A stretch of DNA of 55,471 nucleotides, taken from positions 1 to 55,471 of the IMG/VR virus record IMGVR_UViG_3300044614_001468. One strand, written 5' to 3'. Shown piece after piece: positions 28,940-37,791 of the stretch; the stretch's first letter is position 1, and each line of letters opens with the position of its first letter. The stretch comes from a virus. Its lineage: Duplodnaviria > Caudoviricetes. The notes below the pieces were generated by a model. The model ran no database searches. It saw only the letters and a program-made list of their open reading frames with translations, and was not told where the DNA came from. The translations under genes and the position numbers were made by a program.

Positions 28940-29386
28940 TCATTGGTTGTTTCTATACTCTTCATATAAGTTATTAAATCTTTCCGATCTTTTTCTGATG
29001 TTAGCGGGGAGTCTATCAAAGTCATAATCTCGCCGGGAGAAAGCTTCAAGTCCGATATTCCATGCGGCGTAAACATCCCTTGGTTGTGGATTTTTGACGC
29101 GCTGGGCAAGACAGAGCCTGAGTTCAAGCCAGCATAGATGCGCTTTAGCACAGCGCCTTGCTTCGGTTGGAATATGTCTCTGATCTTTTTCAGAAGGGAA
29201 GTGTTGCTTCCAGACGCTGCGTTTGATTTGATATCGGGAGAGTTCACCGTGTTTGCCTTTTGCTTTGTCGTTGTCATTGGACTCTATTTGACTAATGGCC
29301 CTAAGCTTCGCGTCGAAGTCTTGTTGCAGGGCTATGATTGTTGTTTCTGTCGCGAGTAGTGTTAGACCTAGCATAAAAGGTTTCAT
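28940..29386 (-). CDS. Lysozyme-superfamily / lytic transglycosylase-like protein, candidate endolysin
   Basis: AISQIES (catalytic E), G..GE...YQI, YAAWNIG motifs; hydrophobic N-terminus. Confidence 0.7.
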   Translation of the reverse strand: MKPFMLGLTLLATETTIIALQQDFDAKLRAISQIESNDNDKAKGKHGELSRYQIKRSVWKQHFPSEKDQRHIPTEARRCAKAHLCWLELRLCLAQRVKNPQPRDVYAAWNIGLEAFSRRDYDFDRLPANIRKRSERFNNLYEEYRNNQ

Positions 29387-29796
29387 AGCGGTGGCCAGAA
29401 GTATGGTAGGTTATCGGGAATGTTTGGAAACTTTGGACCATAGAACTCAGGTTTCTTCCGTATGAGATTACTCTGATGTGTCTTATGTAGATAAGAGCCG
29501 AGCCAATGTGGCTGTATGATGTAAGGGTAAGTGAGAATCTCTTTCTCAAAGTGAGGAAGAAGGTTGTCAACGTAGCCCCGGCGGCGTGCTTCTTGGCAGA
29601 TCTTGATGCTGTACAAACAAAGCCACGCAGGATAGTCTTTGATCATGCGCACGGCGGGATGACTGCGCCAGCCGGTTGACTTACCTTGGATTGTGTTGAG
29701 GATTTGAAGAGATTCAACGCGCTGTTTCATGAGGCGCTGGGTATCGAGGACGCGGGCAGACTGTTCGATGTCTGCGTAGGGTAGGAAGATTTGCAT
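29383..29796 (-). CDS. Pyrimidine-dimer DNA glycosylase-like protein (MSMEG_6728 type)
   Basis: MQIFLPY...LD..RL.KQRVE..QIL...GW..HPAV.M...HQSNL.RK. Confidence 0.8.
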   Translation of the reverse strand: MQIFLPYADIEQSARVLDTQRLMKQRVESLQILNTIQGKSTGWRSHPAVRMIKDYPAWLCLYSIKICQEARRRGYVDNLLPHFEKEILTYPYIIQPHWLGSYLHKTHQSNLIRKKPEFYGPKFPNIPDNLPYFWPPL

Positions 29797-29817
29797 TTTG
29801 TGGTTGTGTTTTATTTA

Positions 29818-30471
29818 TCACTCTAACCCTTTCAACATCTCTTCACTCATCTTCATCGCGATGAGTTCGTTGGGAGTTGTCTCGATGATGATTGTGTTGT
29901 CTTGCATTGCGAGCTGCCGGGCGAACTTCTCCGCACTTGAAGTATAGTTCTGCCAGCTTGCTTGACTTCCCACCTCGCCGCTGTTGACGAATGAGATGAT
30001 CTCTTCGCGGAAGATCTCTTCGTTGAATGTGAAAGGATCTTCGTCGCTGCCGCCGAGGAGAGGTGTCATGGCGTCTAGGATATTATCAATGGGCTCGACG
30101 AGTTCGATGATGAGGTTGACTTTGCGCACGGAGATCTGCACCTTTTCTTTCAGCTCGTCGACGATGGGGATATCATCAGGGTCGATAGCGCCTTGAAGAA
30201 CACCGACGCCCTTGTCGTTGATGAATGCTTTGCCTTGTGATAGGCGAGCGCGTATGGTTTGAGGTTGCTGCCTGAGGGTTAGGGAATTGATGGTGGCTTT
30301 CTTAGAGGGGATCTTAGAGAGCTTAATCACTAACTGTGCAAACTGCACAGCATGCTTGATGTCGTAGTAAGGCCAGCCTTGCTTGCGCTCTGTCTTGTTA
30401 AGAATGCTGTCTGCTTGTTTGAGCAAGGCGGCTGGGTCGTGTTGTTGTTTTGTTGGGTTGAATATGTTCAT
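29818..30471 (-). CDS. Hypothetical protein
   Basis: 217-aa ORF with A-rich leader. Confidence 0.7.
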   Translation of the reverse strand: MNIFNPTKQQHDPAALLKQADSILNKTERKQGWPYYDIKHAVQFAQLVIKLSKIPSKKATINSLTLRQQPQTIRARLSQGKAFINDKGVGVLQGAIDPDDIPIVDELKEKVQISVRKVNLIIELVEPIDNILDAMTPLLGGSDEDPFTFNEEIFREEIISFVNSGEVGSQASWQNYTSSAEKFARQLAMQDNTIIIETTPNELIAMKMSEEMLKGLE

Positions 30472-30490
30472 TTTGTTTTGTTGTTATGGT

Positions 30491-30715
30491 TCACGGCTTG
30501 GCCTCCTTGGCTTTGTTTCTATTTTGATTGATGAAGCTAATTGGATTTGCTGAAAGCGTCTGCTTACCGCAATGGATGCATTTCCATTTTCTTTTAACAT
30601 TGAATGCAACGTCCCAGTGAGAATGTGAGCCATGGAAACTGTCGTTTAGCGGTTGCCAATAATGAGAACACGCAATTCCAAGAAACCGTTTGAGTATCTT
30701 TCCAATACAATTCAT
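30491..30715 (-). CDS. Small Cys/His-containing hypothetical protein
   Basis: CSH...CIHC; ends AKEAKP. Confidence 0.5.
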   Translation of the reverse strand: MNCIGKILKRFLGIACSHYWQPLNDSFHGSHSHWDVAFNVKRKWKCIHCGKQTLSANPISFINQNRNKAKEAKP

Positions 30716-30720
30716 TGCGC

Positions 30721-31089
30721 TCACAGCTTGGCCTCCTTGGCTTCGAGTGCTTCTGACGCTGTGTCGATTGCGTACCAGCAAGCGTCTATCAATGCTCGCT
30801 CGTTGTTGTCTCCGTTCCAGTATTCTCGAATGGACTCAAGAGACTCCTCCAGCCGCTTGATGCGGTCCTCTTGCTCGCGGATCTTGGTAGCCTGTGCATC
30901 GGCCATCCATTGCTCGCGCATGATCTTCAACACTTCGGCCGCTGTCTCTGTGGGTTTGAGATCTTCGGACACAGTGATACGACCGTCGGCGTGAATCGTT
31001 AGGAGTGCTTTGCCTAGCTTTTTCAATTGGATCATATTAGGTTCAATGCCGTCGAGGCTGAACTTATCTGGGATTAGTATGTCGTTCAT
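30721..31089 (-). CDS. Hypothetical protein
   Basis: Coiled-coil DRIKRLEE; ends AKEAKL. Confidence 0.6.
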   Translation of the reverse strand: MNDILIPDKFSLDGIEPNMIQLKKLGKALLTIHADGRITVSEDLKPTETAAEVLKIMREQWMADAQATKIREQEDRIKRLEESLESIREYWNGDNNERALIDACWYAIDTASEALEAKEAKL

Positions 31090-31093
31090 ATCT

Positions 31094-31933
31094 TTATTCT
31101 CCTTTATCATACTCCGGCAATTCAATCTCTCCAAGTTCTCTCTTAAGTAATAGATTACGCAACGCACGGACATTCCCAAAGGAGAATGTCTCGTCGCCGA
31201 AGTGTTCGCGCTCGCCAATAGGTGTCCAGTTTTCTTCTTCGATTATCGCCGAGGCCACACATCGGATTTCCTGCACGCCTCGTTGTTGTAATGAGAGAGT
31301 CTTCAGACCGAGTTCGTTAATGCGGAAGTATAGATCCTCACGGAAGCTTCCCTCTTTAACCATCTTGAGGAGATCTCTATTTGTAGCGAACACAAACCTA
31401 CATTGAATTGGCACAGGATCAACAGCTCCGACGGGCAAGACTGTCTTATCCTGCAAGACTCTCAATAACTTAGCTTGATGCGACAGGGGCAATTCGCCTA
31501 TCTCATCGAGGAAAGCAGTACCCTTGCCGACTGCTCTTAGGAAACCAACGTCGCCTCTTGATTTAGCACCAGTAAAAGCGCCGGGCATGTAGCCAAATAG
31601 TTCTGATTGGAATAGTGTGTCTGTCAAACCAGCCATGTTCATAGCCTTGAGAGGCTTTCGTTTGTGGGCAAGGATCCTTGCGATCAACTCCTTGCCTGTG
31701 CCCGATGGGCCTTCGATCAGGACGTTGTATCTCTGCAAGCTTTCTTCCGCATATGTCATCGCGGAGTTGAGCATCTTCTTCGTGGCAGGATCTTGCGTGG
31801 CATAGGACGAAGCGACATTGTGGATACTGTTCTCCTTCAATGCGTCGCCTGTGATCTTGAGGACATCCTTGCGGATGTTATCAAGGAAGCTGTCGGCGGC
31901 TGTGGTATTGAGGACGTTTGCGTGGATGTTCAT
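31094..31933 (-). CDS. Sigma-54-dependent transcriptional activator (bEBP AAA+ domain only)
   Basis: GPSGTGKE, SELFG, GAFTGA, FLDEIGEL, QAKLLRVLQ, ATNRDL, FREDLYFRI, GNVRAL; no receiver domain and no C-terminal HTH. Confidence 0.95.
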   Translation of the reverse strand: MNIHANVLNTTAADSFLDNIRKDVLKITGDALKENSIHNVASSYATQDPATKKMLNSAMTYAEESLQRYNVLIEGPSGTGKELIARILAHKRKPLKAMNMAGLTDTLFQSELFGYMPGAFTGAKSRGDVGFLRAVGKGTAFLDEIGELPLSHQAKLLRVLQDKTVLPVGAVDPVPIQCRFVFATNRDLLKMVKEGSFREDLYFRINELGLKTLSLQQRGVQEIRCVASAIIEEENWTPIGEREHFGDETFSFGNVRALRNLLLKRELGEIELPEYDKGE

Positions 31934-32112
31934 TTTTTCTTGGGTTTATTTTTTCTCTTACTATATAAAGACGGACCGGGATCTCTTAGCTTATAAGACA
32001 TGATCGCCTTGTGCGCGGCGGCGAGTTCATCTCTATCAAGATACTCCTCGTCGACTGATCCTGCCTTATGTTTAGGCTTAAACTGTTCACCTTGTTGATG
32101 AAAGCGACTCAT
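31930..32112 (-). CDS. Small hypothetical protein
   Basis: Overlapping start/stop with both neighbours. Confidence 0.6.
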   Translation of the reverse strand: MSRFHQQGEQFKPKHKAGSVDEEYLDRDELAAAHKAIMSYKLRDPGPSLYSKRKNKPKKK

Positions 32113-32396
32113 TTTTTTAGCGTTAGTTTTCTTAGCTCACACTCTAGCTGGAAGATTCTATTGTGTTGTTTGTTGACGAGGTTAGTTAGCTCACTGATCT
32201 TGCGCTCATAGTATTCATACTTTGACGGCGTGCGCTGGATGTTTGAGATCAGGCCGCGCGAGACTCCAAAGTGCTCTGCGATTTTAGATTGTGATAGCTC
32301 TGGATGCTTTTGTATAAAGCTTTTGATCTTCTTCTTCTCTTCGATCGAGAGATAATAATTTTTTCTCTTTAGGTCTTGTATTTTTCTTTCGTACAT
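32109..32396 (-). CDS. HTH DNA-binding protein with C-terminal coiled coil
   Basis: LSQSKIAEHFGVSRGLISNI. Confidence 0.8.
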   Translation of the reverse strand: MYERKIQDLKRKNYYLSIEEKKKIKSFIQKHPELSQSKIAEHFGVSRGLISNIQRTPSKYEYYERKISELTNLVNKQHNRIFQLECELRKLTLKK

Positions 32397-32438
32397 GATA
32401 GTATAGGGTTAATGAATAAAGAATCAAGTAGTGAAGAA

Positions 32439-34613
32439 TCATGCCGCCTGTGCCTGAGGTTCGTCGTCCTCATCGTCATCATCCTCGTCCGTCTCGATCA
32501 CGCCCGTGGACTCAGCGGCGGCGAGATCTTCTTCTGTTAGTTTGACGGCGGTCGCTCGATCACGAAGAGCTTTCTCTAGTTCGCCAGCGAGATCGACGTT
32601 TGAGGAGCCAATGGCGTCGACAGACTTAAGCTTTCGTGCAAGCTTCGGCGCCATGTGATCGCTGAGGATTGTGCCTTCTGGGACATAGATGTCTTGCGTC
32701 GTGTCGGTTAGAGTAGTGATACGCACGCAGCGACCAAGAGCCTGTGCAAATTCCTCTGCCCAATAGGTCATCGTGCTCATGACACTACGCGGCCGAGTGT
32801 GGTTATAGCGATGGTCGAGACTGATACCTGTACCTCCTGAGGAGAGAGTATAGATACAGAACTCAGTCTCTCCGTTGAGGAAAGCTTGCACGTTCTCGTG
32901 TCGTTCCTTCTGGTTCTGATTGTGAAGCTTCATCTCTCGAAGCTTCTCATTCCTCTGGGCGAATGCATCCTTTGTCATCTCTCGGAAGATACGTTCGGAG
33001 GTGTACTTGATGCCCTTGTGGAAGGCGCGGAATTCTTCCTTCGTGATCCCGATGTCATCCGCTTTAGGCTTGCGGGCTTCGTCTGGATTATCGAGAATCC
33101 ACATGCCCATCTTGGCTGCGATCTCTGCCGCGCGTGTTTCTGGTAAGAGATCCTCGGGCTTGATCTCTCGATTGCCGCCCCAGATTAGAGAGATCTTTTG
33201 TTTAGTAAGACCTTTGCTCTTGAAATAGTCAGACTCACAGAGCTTCATCACTAGTTCCTTGAGAGTCTCTGTGAAGCGAATAGCAATGACAGGCGCATAG
33301 CCGTTTTGATGGGCATGAATTGCGTCGGCGACCCATGTGTCTACGGTTGCAAGCTCGGCCGCTCGGGCCATGACCATGAAGGCAACCATGACTTGACCTT
33401 GTGGATCTATTGAGCGACCTGTGCGTTCGAGAGCTTCAAGATAATTCTTCATCGCGTTCTTGAGCATCGCTTTGTTCGCGGGGTCAGTGATCTCGAAGAG
33501 CTTGACTTTGTTAAGAGCCTTGACTTTCTGAGGATCGCCGGGCGGCTTGACGAAGCGGTCGCCGATCGCAGCGCCCCAGCGTTCGAGAGCGGCGGCGTTA
33601 GCTTGTCGAGGATCTGCGCCGAGTGTGAGAGTGCGTGCGAATTCAGGAAAGGTTTCTCTCGTCAAGGGTCGAGCGCCATATTGTAAACGCATCGCGATAG
33701 ACATGAACATCGTGTCCCATACTGTCACGGCGGGCGTCGCGGAAGTAAAGACCCAAGTGATTTCTGGGAACTGAAGGAAGGCTTCGAGATATTTTGTACG
33801 CTTAGACTTCTCCTTCTTGATCTCCTGACACTCGTCTAGGATGATTAGCTTGGGCGCAGCAGACGCTGGCAGGTTAAAGCGTATGACGCTTGTAGCTTGG
33901 CCGAAGACTTCTACTGTTTCGGTCTTGAAGAAGTTTCTGTTTTTCGCAGAGAAGACTTCGTTATAAGACCACACGTCCACAGCGAGTCCGACAGATTCGA
34001 GACCTAGTTTCTTTAGGGTATCGCGGAAGTCAAGCACGACGGACTTTTTGGTGATGATTAAGATAGGCGGAAAGAGTCCGAGAAAGTTACAGAACTTCTG
34101 AGGGTCATGCTTTTGTAGCCACAGCGCGAGACCCGCTGCGATCCAGCTCTTACCTTTGCCTGTGCCGAGTGGAACAAGAGAGCCATTGAGGTTCTTGTTA
34201 TACAATACATCAAGCAGGGCGGCGATAGCTTTCTTCTGCTGAGGCTTGAACTCTAGCCCGTTGGGAAGCTTGATGTCGATTGTGCTGTATGTGCGCTTCT
34301 CTCTCAAGGCAAGTTCTTCCGCGAGACGAAGAGCTTCCTTTTGCTGGCGCGCTGGGGCTTGATTAACCCAGCCCTGAAGGAAGCCGAGCAATGTAGCATA
34401 GTCGAGCTTGACTGTTGGGATTACGGCGAGAGATAGTTCCTTCTGCAGAAAGTCCCAATCAAATGGCTCTCTGCGATACAGATCAGTAAGCTTTTTAGCT
34501 TGCGCCCGGGCGGTCGTGAGGGCGGTCTGTTGAAGCCTGTCTTCTTTGCTTGTGTATTGAGGTTCCGTTTGGACAGGTTTCTTTATCCCCGAAGGAGTAG
34601 CGAATATGTTCAT
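32439..34613 (-). CDS. Superfamily 2 helicase
   Basis: GTGKGKS, DECQ, SAT, SGGTGISL, QALGRCVR; acidic tail. Confidence 0.85.
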   Translation of the reverse strand: MNIFATPSGIKKPVQTEPQYTSKEDRLQQTALTTARAQAKKLTDLYRREPFDWDFLQKELSLAVIPTVKLDYATLLGFLQGWVNQAPARQQKEALRLAEELALREKRTYSTIDIKLPNGLEFKPQQKKAIAALLDVLYNKNLNGSLVPLGTGKGKSWIAAGLALWLQKHDPQKFCNFLGLFPPILIITKKSVVLDFRDTLKKLGLESVGLAVDVWSYNEVFSAKNRNFFKTETVEVFGQATSVIRFNLPASAAPKLIILDECQEIKKEKSKRTKYLEAFLQFPEITWVFTSATPAVTVWDTMFMSIAMRLQYGARPLTRETFPEFARTLTLGADPRQANAAALERWGAAIGDRFVKPPGDPQKVKALNKVKLFEITDPANKAMLKNAMKNYLEALERTGRSIDPQGQVMVAFMVMARAAELATVDTWVADAIHAHQNGYAPVIAIRFTETLKELVMKLCESDYFKSKGLTKQKISLIWGGNREIKPEDLLPETRAAEIAAKMGMWILDNPDEARKPKADDIGITKEEFRAFHKGIKYTSERIFREMTKDAFAQRNEKLREMKLHNQNQKERHENVQAFLNGETEFCIYTLSSGGTGISLDHRYNHTRPRSVMSTMTYWAEEFAQALGRCVRITTLTDTTQDIYVPEGTILSDHMAPKLARKLKSVDAIGSSNVDLAGELEKALRDRATAVKLTEEDLAAAESTGVIETDEDDDDEDDEPQAQAA

Positions 34614-34614
34614 G

Positions 34615-34914
34615 TTATAGTAGTTTTGAGATCACTTCTTCAGCGTTCTTGAATCCGTATGCGGTTGGCGTTTTGCTTATAAGACTTACGTATTCGCCGA
34701 ATACGATACTCTCGGCCGTGGGTTTGTCAAGTTGCACATAGGCTTTGTTGATGTTGTCGCGTTGATTAAGCAAGGGCGTTAGCTTTTTCTGCAGAGCAAG
34801 CATCTTATCCTCCAGCTGTTGGCGTATCAAGACGTTCTTCTTGGTGGCTTTGTCCATTGCTTTCTTCAGGCGCAGGGATTCTTTGATTGTCTTCTGTTGC
34901 AGGGCTTTGTTCAT
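34615..34914 (-). CDS. Hypothetical coiled-coil protein
   Basis: Operon packing. Confidence 0.6.
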   Translation of the reverse strand: MNKALQQKTIKESLRLKKAMDKATKKNVLIRQQLEDKMLALQKKLTPLLNQRDNINKAYVQLDKPTAESIVFGEYVSLISKTPTAYGFKNAEEVISKLL

Positions 34915-35485
34915 AGTTTAGGATGTTTCTTGTGTCTACGATTTTTAGTACTTCTTCGAGAGGGAAATAGCAGTTGATGTTGTTGAATGCGCCTTTGAGG
35001 GCGTCGTTGAGCTGTCGAGATTTGTTAAGATAGATCTCTTCGCCTTGTGAAGTGATCGCGATGGCGACCTCTGTTGCCTTCTGTCTGTTGAAGAGCTTAG
35101 CTTTAGCGAGTGCATCACTGATCATCTCTACACGGAGATCTTCTGCTTTCTTCCGGATGTAGGATATGTCAGAGGCAAGGTGGTTTGCACGAAGGATTCT
35201 TCTGCGCTCGTCGCTGAGGTTCCAATCGGTGGCATCCCAGATGACAGAGTAAGAGAATCCGTCTTCGTTGATTCTCTGAATATGGAGATGCTCACTTGCG
35301 CAGTGAGCCTTAACCCAGTCGGCTGTTTCATTTGTAGCAACAATCGCATGGGCAAGATTATTCCCGCCAGTTCGGCGGATGAAATGCCCTCGCTCTGCAT
35401 CGACATGACAAGAGCACGATGGGAAGAGCAATCCCCAGAGTTCTTGTGGAGTGATTTCTTGGACGTCTTCATTTTGAGGAGGCAT
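34805..35485 (-). CDS. Hypothetical protein
   Basis: Start overlaps the end of rpoN. Confidence 0.6.
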   Translation of the reverse strand: MPPQNEDVQEITPQELWGLLFPSCSCHVDAERGHFIRRTGGNNLAHAIVATNETADWVKAHCASEHLHIQRINEDGFSYSVIWDATDWNLSDERRRILRANHLASDISYIRKKAEDLRVEMISDALAKAKLFNRQKATEVAIAITSQGEEIYLNKSRQLNDALKGAFNNINCYFPLEEVLKIVDTRNILNYEQSPATEDNQRIPAPEESNGQSHQEERLDTPTAGG

Positions 35486-36764
35486 AGACTTTACGGAGAT
35501 GTGATGGTTGAATACCTAGTTCTGCTCTGTATTTAGCGATTGTGCGCCGGGCGATTGTGTTCTTGAGGAGTGTTACAATGTCCTCATCGCTTAGTGGGCG
35601 AGACTTGTCTTCGCATGAGATGATCTCTGCGATTTGATTTTTTATTGAGAGGTTACTTTGCATGGTGTTTTGTTCATGGTTTACGATAGCACTGGTGAAG
35701 AAAAATCTTAGTTCATATGTACCGCGCGGAGTAGAGATGTATTTGTTACACACGGCTCTGCTCACGGTGGTCTCGTGGATCTCACAGACCGTCGCGATCT
35801 GAGCCATCGTGAGCGGCTTGAGATCTTTGATCTGGCCGCTGCGGAAGAAGTCTTGTTGATAGTCTACGATCGCATTAGACACGCGGCCGAGAGTAGACTG
35901 GCGCTGCATGATAGATCGAATGAGAAACTTTCCCATCTTTACTTTCTCACGCACGAACTCCCGCTCGGCGGGCTTGAGCTTGTGGAGATAGCTTAGAACG
36001 TGATCGTTGATCTTGTAGACAGGAAGTTTCTCGTTCGGGATATCTATTGTGCCGTCGTCGCGCAGAAAGATCTCTGCGTCTTTCGGCGTGTGCGTTGAAG
36101 ATGCGAACTCTGAAGCGGGATTATAGTTTAGTTTAGAGAGTTGCTTGTACAATAATTCGATCGTGGTAAAGGTCTCGTTGTATTTCTTCGCGAGAATGGG
36201 GATTTGGCGTCGAGTGAAGAGATCTTCGTCTTGTTGAAGGATTTGATAAGCTAATGAAGAAGAATTTAATTGAAGACATAAGCAATCTGCAAGACTCAAA
36301 GCGCCGAGGCCGCGTGGTTCGAGCGTGCGGATAAATCGCAGAGCTTTTCTCTGTTCTGTCGTGAGAATGTCTGGATCATGTAGGAAATATCCTCGCTCGT
36401 TAAGAAGAGATATGACAGAGAGATCATGACCGGCGAGAGATAATTCTTTCTCTAAGTATTCTTCTAGTGTCTCATCTCGGCCGGGATTATTCTCTAGCGG
36501 ATATTGCTCTTTGTATGATGGAACACTATCCGAGAGAGAAGTCCACTGCATATCCGCCGGGAGTTCAGCTTTGTCGTTCTCGTAGGATATGTCTTCTTCT
36601 GCTTGATTATTGTCAAGCATCTCGACGCATGGATTGTCGTTGATGAACGACTCCATGATAGATCGCAGGTCACAAAGTGGAGCTTGAAGAAGCGCGAGAG
36701 ACTGTTGCAGTTGTGGACTCAGTATCAAAGATTGAGTCTGCTGCGTGGAGATAGAAATTTTCAT
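35469..36764 (-). CDS. rpoN: RNA polymerase sigma-54 factor
   Basis: Region I QQTQSLILSPQLQQSLALLQAP, EPRGLGA.SL..CL.LQL, LKPLTM, HETTVSRA..NKY, ELRFFF, PLSDEDI, RpoN box ARRTIAKYR. Confidence 0.97.
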   Translation of the reverse strand: MKISISTQQTQSLILSPQLQQSLALLQAPLCDLRSIMESFINDNPCVEMLDNNQAEEDISYENDKAELPADMQWTSLSDSVPSYKEQYPLENNPGRDETLEEYLEKELSLAGHDLSVISLLNERGYFLHDPDILTTEQRKALRFIRTLEPRGLGALSLADCLCLQLNSSSLAYQILQQDEDLFTRRQIPILAKKYNETFTTIELLYKQLSKLNYNPASEFASSTHTPKDAEIFLRDDGTIDIPNEKLPVYKINDHVLSYLHKLKPAEREFVREKVKMGKFLIRSIMQRQSTLGRVSNAIVDYQQDFFRSGQIKDLKPLTMAQIATVCEIHETTVSRAVCNKYISTPRGTYELRFFFTSAIVNHEQNTMQSNLSIKNQIAEIISCEDKSRPLSDEDIVTLLKNTIARRTIAKYRAELGIQPSHLRKVYASSK

Positions 36765-36796
36765 TTGTCTGGTGGTTGATGCAGACTATTGCAATA

Positions 36797-36814
36797 GAGC
36801 CTAAAGTGTGCCAA
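36797..36814 (-). promoter_or_regulatory. Putative sigma-54 promoter of rpoN
   Basis: tTGGCACactttagGCtc, 35 nt upstream of the rpoN ATG and downstream of a terminator. Confidence 0.55.
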
Positions 36815-36853
36815 GTTTTGGCATATGTTGGATGCCAATACTTGGAACACCTC

Positions 36854-36894
36854 AAAGAAAAAGCCTCTGTCGGATGTTACTCCAACAGAGGCTT
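36854..36894 (-). terminator. Intrinsic terminator
   Basis: aagcctctgt...acagaggctt stem with T-run on minus strand. Confidence 0.8.
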
Positions 36895-36955
36895 CGTGAT
36901 TTAGACTTGATTACTTCTTCTCGATCACGGGATCGAGTAGATTGTTGTCTTAGAC

Positions 36956-37600
36956 TTAGACAGTTTTCTTCTTGGCTTCGCGCTTGGCCTTCGCGCTGGC
37001 GAGTTCGTTGGCCTTCGCGAGGAGCTGCGCCAGAGAGGCGATAAGGTTAGCCTGCTTGGCCACGGCGGCATCCTTGTCGGACACGCCCAAAGAGCGAGCA
37101 GTGTCGTCGTTCCACTCGCCAGCGAGAGCGAACACAATCGAGCCGATCTCAGAGCGAATGCCTTCGATCTTCTTGAGGACAGACTTTTCGGTCTCACGGT
37201 CGGCGCTGACGCCGTAGATGAAGGCGGCGAAGTAGTCGGGAGTGTTGCCCTTGCTGAGATAGGCTTCAGAAGCGTCTTCGGCGATGTCGAGGAGTTCAGC
37301 CTGTACGAGATCACTCAGAGCATTAGAGATGCGCTTCGTTTCAGTGACAGAGCCGTCTTCGTTCTTGACCTTGGTCACGTGCTCGGTCAGGATCTCAGCG
37401 AGAGCTTCGCCGCGCTTGATGTAGTACTGGAGATCGCTAACGGCCAGAATCGGAGACTGAAAAGAGACAACACGCTCCGGAGACTTAGCAGTCTTGCGGA
37501 CATGACGCTCGTTGGTGGCGAACTGAGGGTTGCCGTTGCTGTCGCTCTGGAAGACAGATCCAGCGAAGGAGGCAACGAGTTCGAGGTTCTTAGTGCTCAT
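36956..37600 (-). CDS. Hypothetical protein (214 aa), probably highly expressed
   Basis: C-ending codon bias like the capsid gene; own promoter and terminator; basic C-tail. Confidence 0.75.
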   Translation of the reverse strand: MSTKNLELVASFAGSVFQSDSNGNPQFATNERHVRKTAKSPERVVSFQSPILAVSDLQYYIKRGEALAEILTEHVTKVKNEDGSVTETKRISNALSDLVQAELLDIAEDASEAYLSKGNTPDYFAAFIYGVSADRETEKSVLKKIEGIRSEIGSIVFALAGEWNDDTARSLGVSDKDAAVAKQANLIASLAQLLAKANELASAKAKREAKKKTV

Positions 37601-37707
37601 TTTACTTGTGTTTCTTTTTGTTGGTTTGTTTTATTGGGATGTTTTCGGTTTTACGTTGAACCGCTAACATTATCGCACAGTCACCAACAGGACCGGCAAA
37701 TCGGATA

Positions 37708-37725
37708 AAGCTTTTGAAATGCCAA
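37708..37725 (-). promoter_or_regulatory. Putative sigma-54 promoter
   Basis: tTGGCAtttcaaaaGCtt directly after terminator 37741-37791; nearly identical to the terS site. Confidence 0.65.
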
Positions 37726-37740
37726 GTTATTTTTGACAAT

Positions 37741-37791
37741 AAAAAAGCTCCATAAAGAGAAGCCCTCCTTGAAGGGCTTTGCTTTGTGGAG
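37741..37791 (-). terminator. Terminator ending the early operon
   Basis: ctccataaag..aagccct/agggctt..ctttgtggag stem; A6 on + gives the U-tail on -. Confidence 0.7.
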
